From the IMG/VR virus record IMGVR_UViG_3300020578_000006, positions 1-64,000 of that record: a stretch of DNA of 64,000 nt; one strand, written 5' to 3'. The notes beneath the pieces were generated by a model. It was not told the origin of the DNA. It saw only the letters and a program-made list of their open reading frames with translations, and did not search any database. A program made the translations under genes and the position numbers. How positions within the stretch are numbered: position 1 is the first letter of the stretch; each line of letters begins with the position of its first letter. Positions 42,652 to 52,471 of this stretch are shown piece after piece.

Positions 42652-44466
42652 ATGCCTGAGTACGGAAATTCTGATTCTGGACGTGAATCGACATTTGGTC
42701 GTTCGTTAATGAGTTATATTAACTCTAAGCTTCCTTATCAGAGCTATACATCTATTGATACTATAAGTAAACTAAATCCCAAATTTAAAGTATTTCAAGA
42801 TACAGGCAGTAAGAGAACAGAAGCACTAGCCAGACAAAGCATTAGCAGTAATACTGAATATAATAGCTTAGACCCATCCGGCATTATTGGTCTAGATAAC
42901 AATTTCACCCAATACATGTATGCAAATGTGCAACATGACAAAGTATCTAGATTAAGAGACTACAGAACAATGGCATCTTTTTCTGAAGTAGCCGATGCGC
43001 TAGATGAAATATGTGATGATGCAATAAACAAAGATTCAAAAGGCAAAGTAGTTCATGCTAAGTTTCTAGATCTAGATTTAAATGACAAAGACACTACAGT
43101 TCTAGAAGAAGAGTTTCAAAAATATATTCAACATTTTGATTTGTCCCATAAAGGGTGGGAATATTTTAGAACACTACTAGTTGATGGTGAGTTATACTTT
43201 GAACATATTATCCACAAGCAATACGAGGATGAAGGAATATTAGGAGTTATAACTGTACCTAACGAATTTGTTGATCCTATTTTTGGCAATGTACAGAATA
43301 TGATGATTAAGGGCTTCTTGTTAAGAAAGCCAGTTTTTGACAAAAACAACCCTACCAAGATATTGGAATATAAGCTTGTTCCAATGGACAAAAATCAAAT
43401 AACTTATATTAACTCTGGTATATGGAATGAGAACAAGACAATAAGACTTCCGTTCATAGAGAACGCAAGAAGAGCATATAGGCAGATTAGTCTATTAGAA
43501 GATGCGGTCGTAATTTATAGGTTGGCACGAGCACCTGCGCGTTTAATCTTCAATGTAGATGTTGGCAATATGCCTGCACCAAAAGCAGAAGCGTATATGC
43601 GTAAATTAATGAACCAATATTGGTCATCTAAGAGTTTTGATGCGCAGCAAGGCGGAGGGGCTCTTAAAAAATATAACCCACAAAGTATTTTAGATAATTT
43701 CTGGTTTGCAAAGCGCGCTGGTTCTGAAGGTACAGATGTAAGACAATTAGAAGGTGCAAATCAAGCTTGGGGGCTAGAGGAAATGAACTATTTCTTAAAG
43801 AAACTTTATAAGAGCTTAAAGGTACCAGTATCCAGACTTAATGCTGAAACTGGCTACAAAGATGATATGAACATTCTTCGTGAGGAATTAAAATTTGCTA
43901 AATTTATTGTTAGAATGCAGCAGCAATTTGCTGAAGGCTTAAAGAATGGTTTTGTAACGCATTTAAAGCTTAGAAAGCTTTGGGAAAAATTTGATCTTAA
44001 GGAAACTAACATTGATATTGAGTTTAATGTACCAATTAACTTCTTTGAGATGAGAGAGGCACAAAAACAGGAGATCAAATCAAAGACATTCGGTGACATA
44101 ATTCAATCAGCTGATAATATTAGTAAGACATATGCATTAAAGAAATACATGGATTGGACAGATGTAGAAATTCTTGCAAATAGAGAATTTATGAGAAAAG
44201 ATATGGCATTTAGCTGGGAATTAGAGCAAATTAAAGCTGGAGGCCCTAATTGGAAAGAAAATGCTTTAGCGGGTGTTGCTCCAGCAGAAGGTGGTGAAGT
44301 TGGTGGTGCAAGTGTTGGTGGTGGAGCCGCAAGTACATTACCGCCTGCTTTTGGACCTACCCCGGCTGGTGGACCAGAAGGTGGAGTTCCTGCTGAAGGC
44401 GGGCCTGCTCCAGCAGAGGGTGCACCGGGCCCTGCGGCCGGTGGGGCACCACCCCCTACCGGTTAA
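42652..44466 (+). CDS. gp20: T4-like portal vertex protein
   Basis: YRTMA...EVADALDEIC, FRTLLVDGELYF, LLEDAVVIYRLARAPARLIFNVDVGNMP, SILDNFWFAKR, EELKFAKFI; TATAAATA upstream. Confidence 0.97.
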   Translation: MPEYGNSDSGRESTFGRSLMSYINSKLPYQSYTSIDTISKLNPKFKVFQDTGSKRTEALARQSISSNTEYNSLDPSGIIGLDNNFTQYMYANVQHDKVSRLRDYRTMASFSEVADALDEICDDAINKDSKGKVVHAKFLDLDLNDKDTTVLEEEFQKYIQHFDLSHKGWEYFRTLLVDGELYFEHIIHKQYEDEGILGVITVPNEFVDPIFGNVQNMMIKGFLLRKPVFDKNNPTKILEYKLVPMDKNQITYINSGIWNENKTIRLPFIENARRAYRQISLLEDAVVIYRLARAPARLIFNVDVGNMPAPKAEAYMRKLMNQYWSSKSFDAQQGGGALKKYNPQSILDNFWFAKRAGSEGTDVRQLEGANQAWGLEEMNYFLKKLYKSLKVPVSRLNAETGYKDDMNILREELKFAKFIVRMQQQFAEGLKNGFVTHLKLRKLWEKFDLKETNIDIEFNVPINFFEMREAQKQEIKSKTFGDIIQSADNISKTYALKKYMDWTDVEILANREFMRKDMAFSWELEQIKAGGPNWKENALAGVAPAEGGEVGGASVGGGAASTLPPAFGPTPAGGPEGGVPAEGGPAPAEGAPGPAAGGAPPPTG

Positions 44467-44902
44467 GTTTTTTTAACCGTTTAACAACAAAATCTAATTT
44501 TTGAATTTCGTATCTACGAGCATCTATTTCTTCTGGCGCATACCAATATTTGTCTGATACATTGATCATATCTTTATATGAATATTCAAAACTAACTGGC
44601 TTGTGTTGAATTTTATATTGGATAAAATGTCTTAATTCATGCAGTAAGTTTCTTATCATTCTTCTAACTCTTAGTTTTTTATTAAAAGACTTACAGTCTA
44701 TTCCAATGTTAATTTCGTTCCTGCTTATATCAAAATCACTGTACCCTTTACTTCTAATATGAATGTGAAGGGTCTTGTTAGAGGGATAGCCTTCCTTGTA
44801 GCATAGATAGGAAACTACATCTTTAAGTGATCTGTAACAAATATTAAAACGCTTTAACCACTTATGGGAATTTCTTGAAAAAATAATTTTCATTTCAACC
44901 AA
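44456..44902 (-). CDS. HExxH zinc metalloprotease-like protein
   Basis: LLHELRHFIQ...PEEIDAR. Confidence 0.65.
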   Translation of the reverse strand: MVEMKIIFSRNSHKWLKRFNICYRSLKDVVSYLCYKEGYPSNKTLHIHIRSKGYSDFDISRNEINIGIDCKSFNKKLRVRRMIRNLLHELRHFIQYKIQHKPVSFEYSYKDMINVSDKYWYAPEEIDARRYEIQKLDFVVKRLKKLNR

Positions 44903-45492
44903 ACAGTTGTCGGGTCGAATGCGGTTGTATTCAAGAAATCCCAGACTTCATAATCTGGTTTTATTTCTATTGTTGCAGCTTTTAATAGGTTTGCTAACAA
45001 CGATTCTAAATCTTGAATATGCCACACATCATCTAAAAGTCTTCTACCGGATGTACGTGTTTTATGGGCAACGTGATCGGCATAGGAATATGCAAAACCT
45101 GCAAAAGGGGGAATCATACAACCCAAACTAACTAAATTTCCTAGAATTCTTGAACAAACTTCTTTACCACCAACGGAGTGCATTGTAACTATTGCACAAG
45201 CCGGTTTACCGACAAGATATTTAGATCCTTCTAATACAGTCATCTTTTCAAATAATTGCTGCATACTTGACCCCCAACTATCCCAATATGTACCTGTTGA
45301 AAAAATTAATGCGTCTGCTTTTTTAATAGCACGTTTAACGCTATTCCAACAAAATGAAGGAGATAAATGAATAATTCTAACACGAACAGAATCATTTTTT
45401 TTGAGAAGCATTCGCTTAATTTTTCTTAACAACATTGAAGTATTGCCAGTTCGCCCACCTATGGCACCATTGATTATTAGGACGTTCTTCAT
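44890..45492 (-). CDS. NAD(P)H-dependent FMN reductase/flavodoxin-like protein
   Basis: LIINGA....GNT, ADALIFSTGTYW, GKPACAI. Confidence 0.8.
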   Translation of the reverse strand: MKNVLIINGAIGGRTGNTSMLLRKIKRMLLKKNDSVRVRIIHLSPSFCWNSVKRAIKKADALIFSTGTYWDSWGSSMQQLFEKMTVLEGSKYLVGKPACAIVTMHSVGGKEVCSRILGNLVSLGCMIPPFAGFAYSYADHVAHKTRTSGRRLLDDVWHIQDLESLLANLLKAATIEIKPDYEVWDFLNTTAFDPTTVWLK

Positions 45493-45571
45493 TTATAGAG
45501 TATAAAAGAAAATATATGTAAAATCAAATTATTTATATTGATTTTTTTAGAATACCTCTTATTATATGGAT

Positions 45572-45775
45572 ATGGAAAAGTTTACAGTAGTTATTAAAAA
45601 CGTATATAGTTCAGATAAAAGCAGATCTGTAACTATTAAAGCGGAAGACAGTTGGTTGGCCCATAAAGAGGCAAATAACTATTATAATCAGCTTAGGGAA
45701 GATGTTGTCTCCATTAAAGACAGCAAAAACAATGAAGTCTACAATCTAGAAAAAGGCTTTATTTTTGAATCCTAA
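45572..45775 (+). CDS. hypothetical protein (start likely second ATG)
   Basis: TTGATT-N16-TATTAT at 45538..45565; ATG 6 nt downstream is at 45572. Confidence 0.65.
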   Translation: MEKFTVVIKNVYSSDKSRSVTIKAEDSWLAHKEANNYYNQLREDVVSIKDSKNNEVYNLEKGFIFES

Positions 45776-46094
45776 TTTAGAAACTTTTAAGAAATATAAC
45801 CAGCTTGGGGTTAGACGCAGCTACAAGCCCACTAAAAACCGGATAGAAAAATTTAAATATAATAGCGAATGGGAATCTGATCCTGACCAAAATGTATTTA
45901 CACTTAGAGACTATAAATGTTGTTATATAACAATAATGAAAAATAAGCAAGGCAAATACCGCCCAACAGTTAATGGTGCCTTCCTCTGTGACCATTTAGA
46001 TGTCATTGAATTACCAAAAGAATATGATACTTTAGAAGATGCCCAAAATAATGCATTTCTATTTGTAGACACAGTAACTGGAAAGAATAAATAA
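45765..46094 (+). CDS. hypothetical protein
   Basis: 109 aa ORF. Confidence 0.6.
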   Translation: MNPNLETFKKYNQLGVRRSYKPTKNRIEKFKYNSEWESDPDQNVFTLRDYKCCYITIMKNKQGKYRPTVNGAFLCDHLDVIELPKEYDTLEDAQNNAFLFVDTVTGKNK

Positions 46095-46114
46095 TAAATA
46101 CATGAGCGTGATTA

Positions 46115-46348
46115 ATGAATAGTTTTCATCTACAAGTTGTAGATCAAAGCGCCAGCGGATCACTTCATGTAAAGTTGATTATAGACTCTAAAGAGTCTGG
46201 CATTCTTTATTTGTCTCAAGAACAGTTAGATGCTATCAGTAGCGGTCTCAAATCATATTGCTATGAAAATGACCTTTCTTTTTCTACAGAAAATCCTTTC
46301 GATATTTCTTCCCTCGACGATCTTGAGGACGACGACGAACTAGAATAA
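46115..46348 (+). CDS. hypothetical acidic protein
   Basis: 77 aa ORF. Confidence 0.65.
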   Translation: MNSFHLQVVDQSASGSLHVKLIIDSKESGILYLSQEQLDAISSGLKSYCYENDLSFSTENPFDISSLDDLEDDDELE

Positions 46349-46356
46349 ATATATGT

Positions 46357-46563
46357 GTGAAAAAAACACATTCATCTGTTCGAGGATTCTGTGAAGAATT
46401 TTCTTCACACGTATACGAAGACACGGCCCATCATAGCATTCTTGTGAATGTAGAGCATGATTGGTTTAGTATTATGGATGGTGGGTTAAAAAAGCTCGGA
46501 TATAAATTAGTTCACATGACGGAAATGCCAAAAACACTTACCTGTGTGTATTATAAGGCTTGA
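46357..46563 (+). CDS. hypothetical protein
   Basis: 68 aa, TAAATA upstream. Confidence 0.6.
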   Translation: MKKTHSSVRGFCEEFSSHVYEDTAHHSILVNVEHDWFSIMDGGLKKLGYKLVHMTEMPKTLTCVYYKA

Positions 46564-46591
46564 TATTTCTTTTTTTTGTTTATAATTAGTT

Positions 46592-47335
46592 GTGCCTAAA
46601 ATACTGCTAGCGGACAAACCTGTTTTTGATGCAAAAGAACATACATATACTGACCCTAAGGATAAATTTCAGTATACTAGTGTAACAAGATGGGTAGAAA
46701 AATTCAAATATCCTTTTGATGAAATGGATATTGCTTATAGGGTAGCCAGAAGTCAAGATGTAACAGTTCAAACCGTTTTAGATCTATGGAAGAGGAAGAG
46801 GGATGATAGTGCAAATTTTGGAACAAAAGTACATAAAGTTTTAGAGGTATTTCTTAGTAAAAACAAAATTATTGACTCTCATTACAAGGAAATAATTAAC
46901 GGTTTTAAAGCGTTAAATATTTCCCTTGATACAAAGAGAAGTATGTTTGAAAACTTGGTATATAACAGGAAGTATGGTATTGCTGGAACCTCTGATATTA
47001 TTGTTCAAAACAAAGATAAAAAAACGTTTAATGTCTATGATTTTAAAACCAACAAGCAATTTAGATATACTTCTCCGTTTGGGCATCGAATGTTAAAGCC
47101 GCTAGAGCATTTTCCGTGCTCAGAGTACCATACATACTCCTTACAGCTAAGCATGTACGCATTTCTCTATAAGCTAATGTCTGGTCTAGAACCGTTAAGA
47201 TTAAAGATTTTTTGGTATGAACGCAAGGAGCCAGAAAATTATGAAAAAGTAGCCGGAAAATGGCATATTATCAATATTCCTTACATGGAAGAAGAAATAT
47301 TAAAATGCTTACACCATGAAGATGCTGAAGAATAG
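46592..47335 (+). CDS. PD-(D/E)XK exonuclease (Cas4-like)
   Basis: YTSVTR, FGTKVHKVLE, AGTSDII, VYDFKTN, QLSMYA. Confidence 0.88.
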   Translation: MPKILLADKPVFDAKEHTYTDPKDKFQYTSVTRWVEKFKYPFDEMDIAYRVARSQDVTVQTVLDLWKRKRDDSANFGTKVHKVLEVFLSKNKIIDSHYKEIINGFKALNISLDTKRSMFENLVYNRKYGIAGTSDIIVQNKDKKTFNVYDFKTNKQFRYTSPFGHRMLKPLEHFPCSEYHTYSLQLSMYAFLYKLMSGLEPLRLKIFWYERKEPENYEKVAGKWHIINIPYMEEEILKCLHHEDAEE

Positions 47336-47750
47336 AATTTCGTGGGAAGAGTATGCATTATTGTTAGCTCGTGAGGCTTCTAAGAGAAGTGAAGATCCTT
47401 TTAAAAAAGTTGGTGCATGTGCCCTTGGCTATAATAATAGGGTTTTAGGTATTGCTTATAATGGTCTTGTATCCGGTAAAAAAGTAAGCAATTCCTTTTG
47501 GCGCAATAGAGATAAAAGGCTACCTTATATTATTCATGCTGAACAGAATCTATTGAGTTTATTTAAAAGAGGCGAGGCAAGAATGATAGCTTGTACATTA
47601 TTACCGTGCTCTGATTGTGCACGACTAATATGTAGTTGGGAAATACCATTAGTATGTTATTTGGACGATTATAATAGAGATAGTGGTGCTATTGAAATAT
47701 TTAAATTTTACAATACGAGACTAAAAAAACTTAGTTTAACTGGAAAATAG
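47316..47750 (+). CDS. dCMP deaminase
   Basis: W..Y...LA.EASKRS.DP..KVGAC, HAEQN, PCSDC. Confidence 0.9.
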   Translation: MKMLKNRISWEEYALLLAREASKRSEDPFKKVGACALGYNNRVLGIAYNGLVSGKKVSNSFWRNRDKRLPYIIHAEQNLLSLFKRGEARMIACTLLPCSDCARLICSWEIPLVCYLDDYNRDSGAIEIFKFYNTRLKKLSLTGK

Positions 47751-47773
47751 TTTTCTAGACATAAATATGGTAT

Positions 47774-48517
47774 ATGGCCGTAGCAACAATTTCTGTTAAT
47801 TTCGCAACTTTATCTGACGCACGCGCTGGTACTAGTACAGTAACAAGTATCAATCCCAAGCAGTTAAAAGATTTATTTAATAGCGCCAATAACATGTACG
47901 ATATTAGCGTTAAGAGCATTACAACAAACGGTAACGTTACAATTAATGGCACGGTAAATGCCTCTGCAGGATATGCAGGTAATTTTGTTGCTTCTGGAAC
48001 AATATCAGGCACAGGCTGGGCTGGTAATCTTGGAGTTACCGGTAATATTTCTGCTACTCAAGGGTGGAACGGTAATTTAACGGTCACAGGTAGTATTTTT
48101 GCTTCTAACGGATATGCTGGTACCCTCTCGGTAACAGGTAATATTCAAGCCACCCAAGATATCATTGCATATTATTCTGATAAAAGATTAAAAAACATTA
48201 GCGGTAATATTTCTGGTGCTCTAGAAAAAGTAAACAAGCTAAACGGCATATATTATACTAATAATGATGTGGCAAACTCTTTTGGCTATAATGATACAGA
48301 AAACAAAGTCGGTTTAATAGCTCAAGAGGTGAAAGAAGTTTTACCAGAATCCGTAAAACTAGCTCCGTTTGATTCAGACGGAAATAGTAAGAGTATTTCC
48401 GGTCAAAATTATTTAACTGTTCAGTATGATAAGATTGTTCCTTTACTTGTTGAAGCAATAAAAGAGCTTACAGCAAAAGTTAAAGATTTAGAAGCATCTA
48501 AGACGTTGGAGAAGTAA
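47774..48517 (+). CDS. tail fibre with C-terminal intramolecular chaperone (peptidase S74-like)
   Basis: G.L.VTG.I.A repeats; SDKRLKNI...GLIAQEVKEVLPE...V.YDKIVPLLVEAIKEL; late promoter. Confidence 0.88.
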   Translation: MAVATISVNFATLSDARAGTSTVTSINPKQLKDLFNSANNMYDISVKSITTNGNVTINGTVNASAGYAGNFVASGTISGTGWAGNLGVTGNISATQGWNGNLTVTGSIFASNGYAGTLSVTGNIQATQDIIAYYSDKRLKNISGNISGALEKVNKLNGIYYTNNDVANSFGYNDTENKVGLIAQEVKEVLPESVKLAPFDSDGNSKSISGQNYLTVQYDKIVPLLVEAIKELTAKVKDLEASKTLEK

Positions 48518-48518
48518 C

Positions 48519-49280
48519 ATGCCGACAACCGGCAATAATCTGTCATTAAATCAGCTAGCAGCTGCTACAGGGCAAGCGGTTAAAGGTCTTTCTAATGCCG
48601 CTGGTGGAACAGGCCCAAATATAAATATATCACATTTTACGATCACCGGTGTTACAACCCCTACCTGGAATGTAGCTACTGTAGCTTATGGCGGCAATTT
48701 TACCGCGTCCGGTAATTTTTCAGGAGCAGGATCAAGATTTGGTAGAATAAGTTCAAGAGATGCAAATTTTACCTGGGGAACTACACCTGCAGGATCATCA
48801 GTGGTTTCAACAGCAGGCTTTCAAAGAACGTTTAACAACGCTTATAACCCAGGCGGCACATCATGTTCTTCCTCAGCGGTAAGAACTGTTACATTAAGAT
48901 TTAATGATGGGTTTAATGATGATGCAACAAATTATAATGCTACATTAGTAACCGGTAACATAACACTTTATTCGCCCCCAGCACCTTCTTTCTCTGTTAC
49001 AGGGAAAACACAACCCCCTCGACCTTGTAACACAGGCGGCGGTTGTGGAGGCTTATGTCGAGGAGCATCTATTTCTGTTAGTAGTACAGCAGGTAATTGG
49101 CAAGGTGTTGCCGGTGGTTCTGTAAACTACTATATTAATGGTGGGTTTGCCGGGTCTAACGGAGGAGGTGGGTTCACCTATACCAATCTTTGCGGTAACA
49201 CGTTATATTCGCTGTACGTGCAAAACTCTTATAGCTGTAATAGCAGTACACAAAACGTCACCACCCCAGCATACATTTAA
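48519..49280 (+). CDS. Gly/Ser/Thr/Cys-rich virion protein (fibre tip/adhesin candidate)
   Basis: MPTTGNNLSLNQL start typical of fibre-adjacent proteins; CNTGGGCGGLC cluster; almost no acidic residues. Confidence 0.65.
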   Translation: MPTTGNNLSLNQLAAATGQAVKGLSNAAGGTGPNINISHFTITGVTTPTWNVATVAYGGNFTASGNFSGAGSRFGRISSRDANFTWGTTPAGSSVVSTAGFQRTFNNAYNPGGTSCSSSAVRTVTLRFNDGFNDDATNYNATLVTGNITLYSPPAPSFSVTGKTQPPRPCNTGGGCGGLCRGASISVSSTAGNWQGVAGGSVNYYINGGFAGSNGGGGFTYTNLCGNTLYSLYVQNSYSCNSSTQNVTTPAYI

Positions 49281-49314
49281 TCTGGATTATTTTGTTATTA
49301 AGCTAATATAATAT

Positions 49315-50253
49315 ATGAGCGTAGACTTAACCTTTTTTAAGTCAAATCCAAACAATATCTTAAGAGTCAAAAGAACAGGTTCATCAAGATCGCATGTAAT
49401 TATTGACTTTGTTAAGAATAACAAAAGCCTTCTTTCCGGAAAAGAATACAACGTTAAAGATTATGAAAGTATAATGTGTTATAGTGTAAGCCCTAATATA
49501 GATGAATTAAAATATTATTTAAAAAATAAAAAAAAGAACGACTATCTCGAACTTAATGATAAGCTCGATCACTTTTATATTGCACGTGCATTAAAACTAC
49601 CAATAGCAAAAATCTTGGAAAAAGATAAGGATAAAATAGTAAAAAGCTTTTATAAAATATACATTTCGTTTTTGAAGCAGTATTATGTAGAAGAGCAAGA
49701 TTTAAAGAGAATTAAAAAGACTGTTAGTAATATTAGTGATTTTTCCATATTACTTCAATATCTTCCGTATGACAGTGAATATAAGAATGGTAAGAAAAGA
49801 GTTATTGTATTAGACAGAATTCGCAAATGGCTTTATTCCTATTTTTACCCCGGTTGTCTTCCTTTTATTGAATTATATGATAAAGAGCTTATATGGGCGC
49901 AAAATATTATGCAAACACTTTTACCTTTAAATTTAGAGTATGCCTATCTTAATATAGGTAGTGGTATTAAATTTGATGAGGCTAAAGATATATGGAGAGG
50001 TCTTATTAGAAGCAAATACGAAACAGCTATTAAGCTTTTATCTGAAGAGGAAGCAGAAGCCAAGGAAATTGACGACCAGGAAACGATTTTAGAAATAAAT
50101 TTATTAAGAGAGAAGCTTAAGACTGTTGTTGAGGCTTTAAGGTTTGATTCAGTAAAAAGTATTCAAGAATTAATTATGTTTTGGCCAGAAGAGCTTTCAC
50201 CCGGGCCTCAAATTACTATTGACCCAGTTGGCCGGTCTTTAGTCTTTAGATAA
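49315..50253 (+). CDS. hypothetical helical protein, paralog of 61444..62313
   Basis: Shared C-terminus W..LI......L...E...I.E.I..WP..L.P. Confidence 0.75.
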   Translation: MSVDLTFFKSNPNNILRVKRTGSSRSHVIIDFVKNNKSLLSGKEYNVKDYESIMCYSVSPNIDELKYYLKNKKKNDYLELNDKLDHFYIARALKLPIAKILEKDKDKIVKSFYKIYISFLKQYYVEEQDLKRIKKTVSNISDFSILLQYLPYDSEYKNGKKRVIVLDRIRKWLYSYFYPGCLPFIELYDKELIWAQNIMQTLLPLNLEYAYLNIGSGIKFDEAKDIWRGLIRSKYETAIKLLSEEEAEAKEIDDQETILEINLLREKLKTVVEALRFDSVKSIQELIMFWPEELSPGPQITIDPVGRSLVFR

Positions 50254-51618
50254 ATAGCCCTTAATTATATTAATTAATCCTTCCAGCATAGTTTTATAAG
50301 GCTCAGGGTAAAACAATAAACACTTTAAATATTCGATAATTTTCTTTAATTCTTGCTTTGATAATGTTTCTATACAAAACTCAGGTATGAGTACATCATT
50401 AGTATGATTAATTTTTTCCATTGATAGACCATTCCATACATATTCTTCTTTACCGTTTTCATGAATCCCTTTAATTCGACTCCCCAGGGGGCCATGTACA
50501 GTATTAATATATAAACGTAATTTGTTTTTAACACAAAAATCGACTATTCTATGGGTTTCATAAATATTTTGAATTAGCGGGCAAAACAGAAGCGAATATA
50601 ATCTATTAAGCGAAAGCAATTTTTCTATATTTTTTTGTACCATGTTAAAATTACCATTTTTTCTAATAAAATTATAATTAGATTCTGTTAAAGAATCTAT
50701 AGATAGCAATATACCCATATTGGGAAGTTTTGCAAATAAATCTTCTATTCTTTTGTTTAAAATAGAACCATTTGTAGTTACAAGAACAGATATATTTGGA
50801 TTAATTTCTGCTATACTATCCCATATTTTATAATATAAAGGTGTTAAAAACGGCTCACCGCCTAGAAAATTTGTCGTTGTTAAATGAGGTATAAATTCTT
50901 TAAGTTGATTGACAAAAGCATCATCATAGGGTGATATTAGTTGTGGTAGTTTTTCCCTATTTTTTCTTATAGAAGATGACCACTTTCCACCACACATAAT
51001 GCATTCGTAATTACAAACTGTTCCAAATTCAAAATCCATATTTACCGGCATATCATTGTATATACTAGAACGCCATGAATTAAACTTCTTAATTAATATA
51101 TTTTTGTTTAATGCAAGAATGCCTTTATAACACAAATCACAGCCTTTTGTAAAATCTAACTTAGATAATGCAGCTATTAAATCTTTTCTCTCTGTGCTAT
51201 TCCACATTTCTTTTATAGTTTTGTTGGGGTAGCTACCTAAGACATGCTGTCTATTATAACAGCATACATTGACATTTCCTGTAGAATCAAAATTAAGCGA
51301 TGTATATGGTGCACAGCAAATAGGAGGCTCTCTATGTATAATGTTTTCTTCTTTTAACACTTGTATGTTGGTTAGTAGTTTTTCCCTTTCAGATTCTCTA
51401 TAGAGATTATCTATTGCTGTATCTACAAACTCCTTATAGCCATAAGTGTCACACAACCACACAACAGTCTCAATAGGATTATCCACCTCATCAAGACTAC
51501 CGTCGTGCGGGTTAATTCTTACCGACATTGCTTTAAATTGCTCTGTAGAAAAAGGTGCTTGTCTTTCTTGTTTTATTGCTAAAAACAAATCAATTATTTT
51601 TTCTGGAAATTTAGACAT
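50239..51618 (-). CDS. radical SAM protein with N-terminal SPASM/twitch-like domain
   Basis: CCAPY...GNVNVCC; CNYECIMC; GGEPFL; TTNG; SIDS. Confidence 0.9.
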   Translation of the reverse strand: MSKFPEKIIDLFLAIKQERQAPFSTEQFKAMSVRINPHDGSLDEVDNPIETVVWLCDTYGYKEFVDTAIDNLYRESEREKLLTNIQVLKEENIIHREPPICCAPYTSLNFDSTGNVNVCCYNRQHVLGSYPNKTIKEMWNSTERKDLIAALSKLDFTKGCDLCYKGILALNKNILIKKFNSWRSSIYNDMPVNMDFEFGTVCNYECIMCGGKWSSSIRKNREKLPQLISPYDDAFVNQLKEFIPHLTTTNFLGGEPFLTPLYYKIWDSIAEINPNISVLVTTNGSILNKRIEDLFAKLPNMGILLSIDSLTESNYNFIRKNGNFNMVQKNIEKLLSLNRLYSLLFCPLIQNIYETHRIVDFCVKNKLRLYINTVHGPLGSRIKGIHENGKEEYVWNGLSMEKINHTNDVLIPEFCIETLSKQELKKIIEYLKCLLFYPEPYKTMLEGLINIIKGYLSKD

Positions 51619-52432
51619 ATATCTTACTTTTTTCTACGTAACTATCAAAAATGTATTTTAGCTTGTTAATTATTAGTTTACTAGATGTTGCATTTTTTGT
51701 TATTTCATCCTTTACAAATTCTTCAAAACACTCTTCTGCTTTATCTGAATGCCACGGCTTAACAAAACCATGATATTGAATAATATGTGCATCTTTTAAG
51801 GATTGTACAGAGGCTATAGATGAAACCACATTATATTTTTGCGGAAGGTAGAATACATCACCGGCGAAACACACATTAAATACAGGCTGATCACTCGACC
51901 ATGATTTTTCGGATGCTAATTTTATTAAAGATTGCTTGTACTTAGGCTTTAAGAATTTTTTAGAAAATGACATTAAACCACAATTAAATCTTTTGCGATT
52001 TTGTTCTATTGGGCTGTTTGGCTCAATCTCAGGAATGCCTAAATATTTTTCACACGCAGAAAACAAATGTTTATCTTCCCATAGCTCCTTAATATCATTA
52101 AGAAATACCATATCACTATCAAATATAATAATACGATCATACCCTAAATTCCCCATCTCAAATACATCAAATCTGTAGTATAAATTATATCCCCATTTTT
52201 GGGTAGTAGGTAGGCACCCACTATAATCATTATTCTTAGCATTAATAACAATAATGTTTTTATAAATTTTTTTAAGTGTTAAAATATTTTTTTCTGATAA
52301 ACTACCATCTGATAACAATATTATATCACCATCGAACCATGGATTACTTTCTTTTAAACTAATCAAAAAAACTTTCATACTAAGCACAAAACTATCGTTA
52401 AGAGCCAATAACATAGCAATCTTTTTATTCAT
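51611..52432 (-). CDS. glycosyltransferase family 8
   Basis: YYRFDVF, DRIIIFDSDM, FNCGLM, DQPVFN, YNV, IIQYHG.VKPW. Confidence 0.9.
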   Translation of the reverse strand: MNKKIAMLLALNDSFVLSMKVFLISLKESNPWFDGDIILLSDGSLSEKNILTLKKIYKNIIVINAKNNDYSGCLPTTQKWGYNLYYRFDVFEMGNLGYDRIIIFDSDMVFLNDIKELWEDKHLFSACEKYLGIPEIEPNSPIEQNRKRFNCGLMSFSKKFLKPKYKQSLIKLASEKSWSSDQPVFNVCFAGDVFYLPQKYNVVSSIASVQSLKDAHIIQYHGFVKPWHSDKAEECFEEFVKDEITKNATSSKLIINKLKYIFDSYVEKSKIYV

Positions 52433-52471
52433 TAATAAATAATTTAGTCAAAAACAATTTTATTTCAATGT

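Noticed and set aside
48519-49280. Classical short RiPP precursor peptide in the enzyme cluster
   Set aside because: No short leader-core ORF found in the tight intergenic spaces of 49-64 kb; only the 253-aa Cys-containing protein is a plausible peptide substrate
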